Below, one piece after another: positions 59,932-64,000 of a stretch of DNA of 64,000 nt. Made by a program: the position numbers and the translations under genes. A model generated the notes under the pieces. The model was given only the letters and a program-made list of their open reading frames with translations, had not been told where the DNA came from and ran no database searches. Within the stretch, counting starts at the first letter, position 1. Each line of letters begins with the position of its first letter. This DNA is from Capsulimonadaceae bacterium (GTDB lineage: Bacteria > Armatimonadota > Armatimonadia > Armatimonadales > Capsulimonadaceae): positions 5,792,001-5,856,000 of the forward strand of contig OZ244065.1 of assembly GCA_965215505.1 (NCBI GenBank). Reading direction: 5' to 3'.

Positions 59932-60873
59932 TCACCCGGCCCGCGTGATGTTGTCTATTTTCCACCCTTGCGCCGTCTTTACCCAATGCTGCACCCAGTA
60001 GTAGCTGACACTCATGTCGGCGTCTTTCCCGGCCCCTTTGAACCTCTCCTCGACCAATGCCGCTGCCGTGGTCGGCTTGACGAAGAACTTGTTGACCGTG
60101 AGGAAATAGCCGGGGAACTCCTTCATTATCTCGTGAATCTGACCGGCGAGTTTCAGGGAGGCTTGATGGCTCAAGACTTCGCCGTCATCGGTGCAAGTGA
60201 AGCCTGGCGTCAGAAGTGACCGGAAAGCCGCCTCGTCGTGGTGTTTCAGGGCGTCGAGGTAGGGGTCATACAGGTCCCGCACCGGGCCGGAGGCCGGGGG
60301 AGTGCCGAGGTCCGTGCCCATCACGGTCGTGTTGAGCGTCAGGGGAGTGTCCGACGACGAGCCGAAGGAGTGCGTCATGATAGGGGTAGGGCCTTTGATT
60401 TCCGGCGGCCTCTGATCGCTCGCCACCAACCTCCACCCCTGCGGCGTTTTTCGCCAAGTCTGCGTCCAGTATCGCGTTGTCACGACCGTCGTTTCAGGGT
60501 CGAGCTTCCGGCCCGCCGTTTCTACCGTCAGGGCGACCGCCGTATTCCTTGTGAGCGTCACCTTCGGGATGTTCACATAGAAAACGCCGTCCTGCAAGCC
60601 CTTCAAAGGCTGTTCCAGTGCCGCAAACGCCTCTTGGCCCTTGTAGTTTTTGCCGTCAAGGCTCAGTATGAAATCCGGCGAGGTGATCTTCTGAAGCCCG
60701 GCTACGCCATGCTCCTTGACTCCCTGTTCATAAACGTAGTATGCGGACGCGACGAATCTGCGGACTGCGGGGCGGCCGTTGTTGCCCAAAGAAAGTAATG
60801 CGGCTGTGGCAGGCAGGGTACTCCCTGACAGGATGAGCCAGAGCATCAGGGTAATTGAGGATTTCGCTTGCAT
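59932..60873 (-). CDS. Exported protein with two NTF2-like (DUF4440/SnoaL) domains
   Basis: Signal peptide; duplicated TSPDF/LTPGF and QTWRKTPQGWRL/QHWVKTAQGWKI; AAGGA RBS. Confidence 0.75.
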   Translation of the reverse strand: MQAKSSITLMLWLILSGSTLPATAALLSLGNNGRPAVRRFVASAYYVYEQGVKEHGVAGLQKITSPDFILSLDGKNYKGQEAFAALEQPLKGLQDGVFYVNIPKVTLTRNTAVALTVETAGRKLDPETTVVTTRYWTQTWRKTPQGWRLVASDQRPPEIKGPTPIMTHSFGSSSDTPLTLNTTVMGTDLGTPPASGPVRDLYDPYLDALKHHDEAAFRSLLTPGFTCTDDGEVLSHQASLKLAGQIHEIMKEFPGYFLTVNKFFVKPTTAAALVEERFKGAGKDADMSVSYYWVQHWVKTAQGWKIDNITRAG

Positions 60874-61040
60874 CTGTCTTCCTTACTGCCGAGCGTCAAC
60901 TTTCGGGGAGGAGAGGGACCCACGGAGGGGTGCCGGTCTTGACGGAGTAACATGAAAGCGCGGGTGACGACCAAGGAACCGGTCATCACCCGCCGCGAGC
61001 CTTGTTACAGCGCTGTCACAAACCGGCGCGGGGGTGCCTG

Positions 61041-61069
61041 ATTATGGCACGGGTGGGGCTGGCTGTCAA
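61041..61069 (-). promoter_or_regulatory. Sigma70 promoter upstream of a structured 160-nt leader
   Basis: TTGACA-N17-CATAAT with extended TG on the minus strand. Confidence 0.7.
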
Positions 61070-61150
61070 GAGGATGCTAACTGCTGTACGGACGGCGCAG
61101 CTAATCACCGCATCACCCTATAGGCTCCATGCAACGAGAGATGCAGCTGT

Positions 61151-62839
61151 TCAATGCCCCCCGCCCCCGCCGCCGGGCGGGGCCTTCTTGGCTTTGCCTA
61201 GCAGCAGCAGCGCGGGGGTGGCGAGGACGAAGGTGATCCCCAGCAGCAGGAAGGCATCGTTATAAGACATGGTGGCGGCGTTGACCTGGACCACGCGGTC
61301 TATCGAGCGCACCGCCACCTGATGCGCCCCAGTCGCGCTGAAGCCCGCCGAGGCGAAGTGGGCGGCGGCGCTGGCCTGGCGGCTCAGGAAAGCCGCGTTG
61401 CCGGGAGTCAGGTAGGAGACGATGTTGGCGCGGTGATACGCCTCCTGGTTGGAGATGTAGGTGTTCAGGTAGGCGATGCCGAACGACCCGCCGAGCTGCC
61501 GGGCAAGGTTGATCAGTCCGGACGCCTGCTGGATCTCCGGCCCCTTTAATGCCGCGAAGACGACGAAGTTGATGGGGGCGAACAGGAAGCCCAGCCCCAG
61601 CCCGCGCACGATCAGGCCGATGCGCGTGTCCGGCTCGCCCGACTGCGGGGTCAGGTGGCCCAGCATCCACATGGAGGTGATAAAGATGCCCATGCCGAAG
61701 AGGATCAGGACGCGCGGGTCCACCAGCGGCTTCGCGCCGTTGAGCGCGCGCCCGCAGAACATCGCCGCCGCGCCGGTCGCCAGCCCGCCGGGCAGCAGGA
61801 CCAGGCCGGTCGCGGTCGGGCTGAAGCCCAGCACGTTCTGGACGAACATGGGGAAGATGAAGACCCCCCCGTACAGGCCGAAGCCCAAGGCGAGGAACAG
61901 GACCAGGCCCGCCGTCAGGTCCTTGTTCTTCAGAATCCGGAAATTGACGATCGGGGCCTTGTTGCGGGGCGACAGTTCCCAGGCCAGCATGGCGGCGAGC
62001 GTGACGGCGGCCAGGATGGACAGACGGACAATCCCGACGCTGTTGAACCAGTCGTCCCGCTTGCCTTCCTCCAGGACGTACTGCAAGGACCCCAGGCCGA
62101 CGGTCAGCAGGGCGATGCCAGGGACGTCGATGGGCGGGGCCTTCCCCTGGTTCGGCGAGTCGTGCAGGAAGGTCACGACCAGGAAGGCGGAGATCAGCCC
62201 GATGGGGATGTTCACGAAGAAGATCCAGGGCCAGTTATAATTGTCGGTGATGTAGCCGCCGACGACAGGCCCCAGGGTGGGGGCCATGACGATGCCCAGG
62301 ATGAACAGGGCCTGTACGACCCCCTGTTGCTCCTTGGGGAAGATCTGCCGCAGAGTGGCCTGGCCCGTCGAGAGCAGGGCCGCGCCGCCCGCGCCCTGCA
62401 AGATGCGCCACGCGATGACCTCGTTCAAGGTGCGCGACGTCCCGCAGAAGAACGAGGCGACGATGAAGATGATGATGGAGGTCGTCAAATAGTTCTTGCG
62501 CCCGAAGCGCAGCGACAGCCACGCCGTCATCGGCAGGATGATGACGTTGGCGAGGATGTAGGCCGTCGAGATCCAGGCGATCTCGTCGGTCGTCGCGTTG
62601 AGGTTGCCGGCCATCTGGGGCAGGGCGACGTTGATGATCGTCGTGTCCAGCACCTCCATGATGGCCGCCGTGATCAGACCGATCAGGATGATCCACCGAT
62701 ACGGGTCCGGGGGCGCCGCGCCCGCCCCACCGCCCTGCGGACCGCCGCCCTGTTGCTGACCGCCCTGCGCGCCGCCACCCCCGCCGCCTCCGTGCGGCTG
62801 GGGGCGGCGGTCCCGCCCGTCAAGTACCTGTGTTGCCAC
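61151..62839 (-). CDS. DHA2-family MFS efflux permease (EmrB/QacA)
   Basis: MEVLDTTIINVALP, WRILQGAGG, GPVVGGYITDNYNWPWIFFVNIP. Confidence 0.92.
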   Translation of the reverse strand: MATQVLDGRDRRPQPHGGGGGGGAQGGQQQGGGPQGGGAGAAPPDPYRWIILIGLITAAIMEVLDTTIINVALPQMAGNLNATTDEIAWISTAYILANVIILPMTAWLSLRFGRKNYLTTSIIIFIVASFFCGTSRTLNEVIAWRILQGAGGAALLSTGQATLRQIFPKEQQGVVQALFILGIVMAPTLGPVVGGYITDNYNWPWIFFVNIPIGLISAFLVVTFLHDSPNQGKAPPIDVPGIALLTVGLGSLQYVLEEGKRDDWFNSVGIVRLSILAAVTLAAMLAWELSPRNKAPIVNFRILKNKDLTAGLVLFLALGFGLYGGVFIFPMFVQNVLGFSPTATGLVLLPGGLATGAAAMFCGRALNGAKPLVDPRVLILFGMGIFITSMWMLGHLTPQSGEPDTRIGLIVRGLGLGFLFAPINFVVFAALKGPEIQQASGLINLARQLGGSFGIAYLNTYISNQEAYHRANIVSYLTPGNAAFLSRQASAAAHFASAGFSATGAHQVAVRSIDRVVQVNAATMSYNDAFLLLGITFVLATPALLLLGKAKKAPPGGGGGGH

Positions 62840-62846
62840 TGCGCGC

Positions 62847-62876
62847 TCCCGTCCTTCTATCCCGTCCTTCTATCCC
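62847..62876. repeat. 13-bp tandem repeat in the emrA-emrB spacer
   Basis: TCCCGTCCTTCTA x2 followed by TCCC. Confidence 0.7.
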
Positions 62877-62891
62877 TGCCTCGTCTGTACT

Positions 62892-64000
62892 CTAGTCCTT
62901 ATGCCGGCCCGTGCTCACGTCAATCGTGGCGACGACGGACATGCCCTGCCGGAGATTGTGGATGTCGTCTATCCGGGCGTACTTCTTGTCGTCGCCGTCA
63001 TTGGCCTTGTCCAGCTCGATGCGGACGGGGATGCGCTGGACGACCTTGGTGAAGTTGCCCGTCGCGTTATCCGGAGGCAGCAGGGCCTCGGTCGCGCCGG
63101 TCGCCTCGTTGATGCTCTGCACATGGCCTTTGAAGACGCGGCCGGGGAACGAGTCCACCTCGATCTCCGCCGACTCGCCGGGCTTGACGTCGCGGAGCTG
63201 CGTCTCCTTGAAGTTCGCCGTGACGTAGACATAGTCGCCCTGGGTGATGGTCACCACCGTCTGGCCGGGCGAGAGGGACGCCCCGACGTTGACCGCCTTC
63301 TTGACCACCGTGCCGTCGGCGGGCGAGGGGATCAGGCAGTCGTTCAGAGTCACCAGGGCGTTCGCGAGCGCGGCCTTGGCCGAGTTCGCCTGGGCGCGGA
63401 AGGTGTTGATCTGGTCCCGGCGCAGCGCGATCTGCGTCTTCCCGGCCTGGGCGGTGGCGAGGTCGGCCTGCGCGCCGGAGTTCTGGCCCAGGTTGCCGAC
63501 GACGTTCGCCTGCTGGATGCCGATCTGGGACAGGTTGGCGCGGGCGATGCCAAGCCCCGCCTGGGCGACCTGGACGTTCTGGTGGAAGGCGTCGGCGGCC
63601 CGCTGGGCGGCCCGGAGCTGGGCTGCCGCCTGGGCGACGTTCGCGCGGGCGGCGTTCACCTGCGAGTGCGCCTGGGCCGCCTGGTAGCGCGAGGCGTCGA
63701 GCTGCGACTGCGCGCTGGTGGCGGCTGCCGCGGCGGCGTCATACTGCTGGGGCGTGACGGCCTCCTGGCGGACCAGGACGGCGTAGCGCTTCTGGTCGTT
63801 GGACCTCTGGATGGCGGTCCCAAGGTAGCCCGCGATGGTCGAGTCGGCGGCGTCGGCGGCCCTCTGGGCGGTGCGGACCGTCTGCTGCTGGGCGTTGACT
63901 GCCGCCCGCGCCGTCTGCACCTGGGCGTCATACTGGGCGGCCTGCTGGCGGGCCTGCTCCACCTGGCTCTCGGCCTGGCGGACCTGGTTCCGGACCTGAC
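62892..64000 (-). CDS. HlyD/EmrA-family membrane-fusion protein (5' end outside window)
   Basis: Long coiled coil, ANFKETQL, LLPPDNATGNFTKVVQRIPVRI. Confidence 0.92.
   Translation of the reverse strand, partial: QVRNQVRQAESQVEQARQQAAQYDAQVQTARAAVNAQQQTVRTAQRAADAADSTIAGYLGTAIQRSNDQKRYAVLVRQEAVTPQQYDAAAAAATSAQSQLDASRYQAAQAHSQVNAARANVAQAAAQLRAAQRAADAFHQNVQVAQAGLGIARANLSQIGIQQANVVGNLGQNSGAQADLATAQAGKTQIALRRDQINTFRAQANSAKAALANALVTLNDCLIPSPADGTVVKKAVNVGASLSPGQTVVTITQGDYVYVTANFKETQLRDVKPGESAEIEVDSFPGRVFKGHVQSINEATGATEALLPPDNATGNFTKVVQRIPVRIELDKANDGDDKKYARIDDIHNLRQGMSVVATIDVSTGRHKD

Noticed and set aside
62720-62800. Gly/Gln-rich N-terminus of the EmrB-like permease as a repeat locus
   Set aside because: It is a low-complexity coding tail without a regular DNA repeat unit.

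Overview
GC-rich bacterial chromosomal window. It is probably Armatimonadota-like; this is an inference from gene content such as the prepilin/H-X9-DG protein, not a classification. Housekeeping and metabolic genes: PAS histidine kinase with two response regulators, lysine-6-aminotransferase-like enzyme, transaminase/omega-amidase pair, mnmG, PPi-dependent PEP carboxykinase, gltBD, moaA, murA-mreB and an EmrAB-type pump. A selenium/molybdenum neighbourhood contains selA-selB-selD-selC(tRNA-Sec)-fdhD and three genes with an in-frame UGA at a catalytic Cys position, each followed by a SECIS-like hairpin: SelD, formate dehydrogenase alpha subunit and an AhpD-like CxxU peroxidase. The ORF track splits or truncates all three. 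The most striking accessory feature is a translationally coupled two-gene module: [AAA_35 ATPase-TM-extracytoplasmic domain] plus [class III nucleotide cyclase-TIR-AAA_35 ATPase]. It is a candidate membrane-sensing nucleotide-signalling or conflict system. Also seen: a HEAT-repeat cassette flanked by a duplicated 3' end of an ADP-ribosylglycohydrolase gene, four nested palindromic REPIN-like elements, TA-like pairs, probable leaderless genes and a candidate structured leader RNA. No CRISPR array, rRNA, integrase or transposase was seen. All family assignments come from motif recognition by eye; no database search was run.
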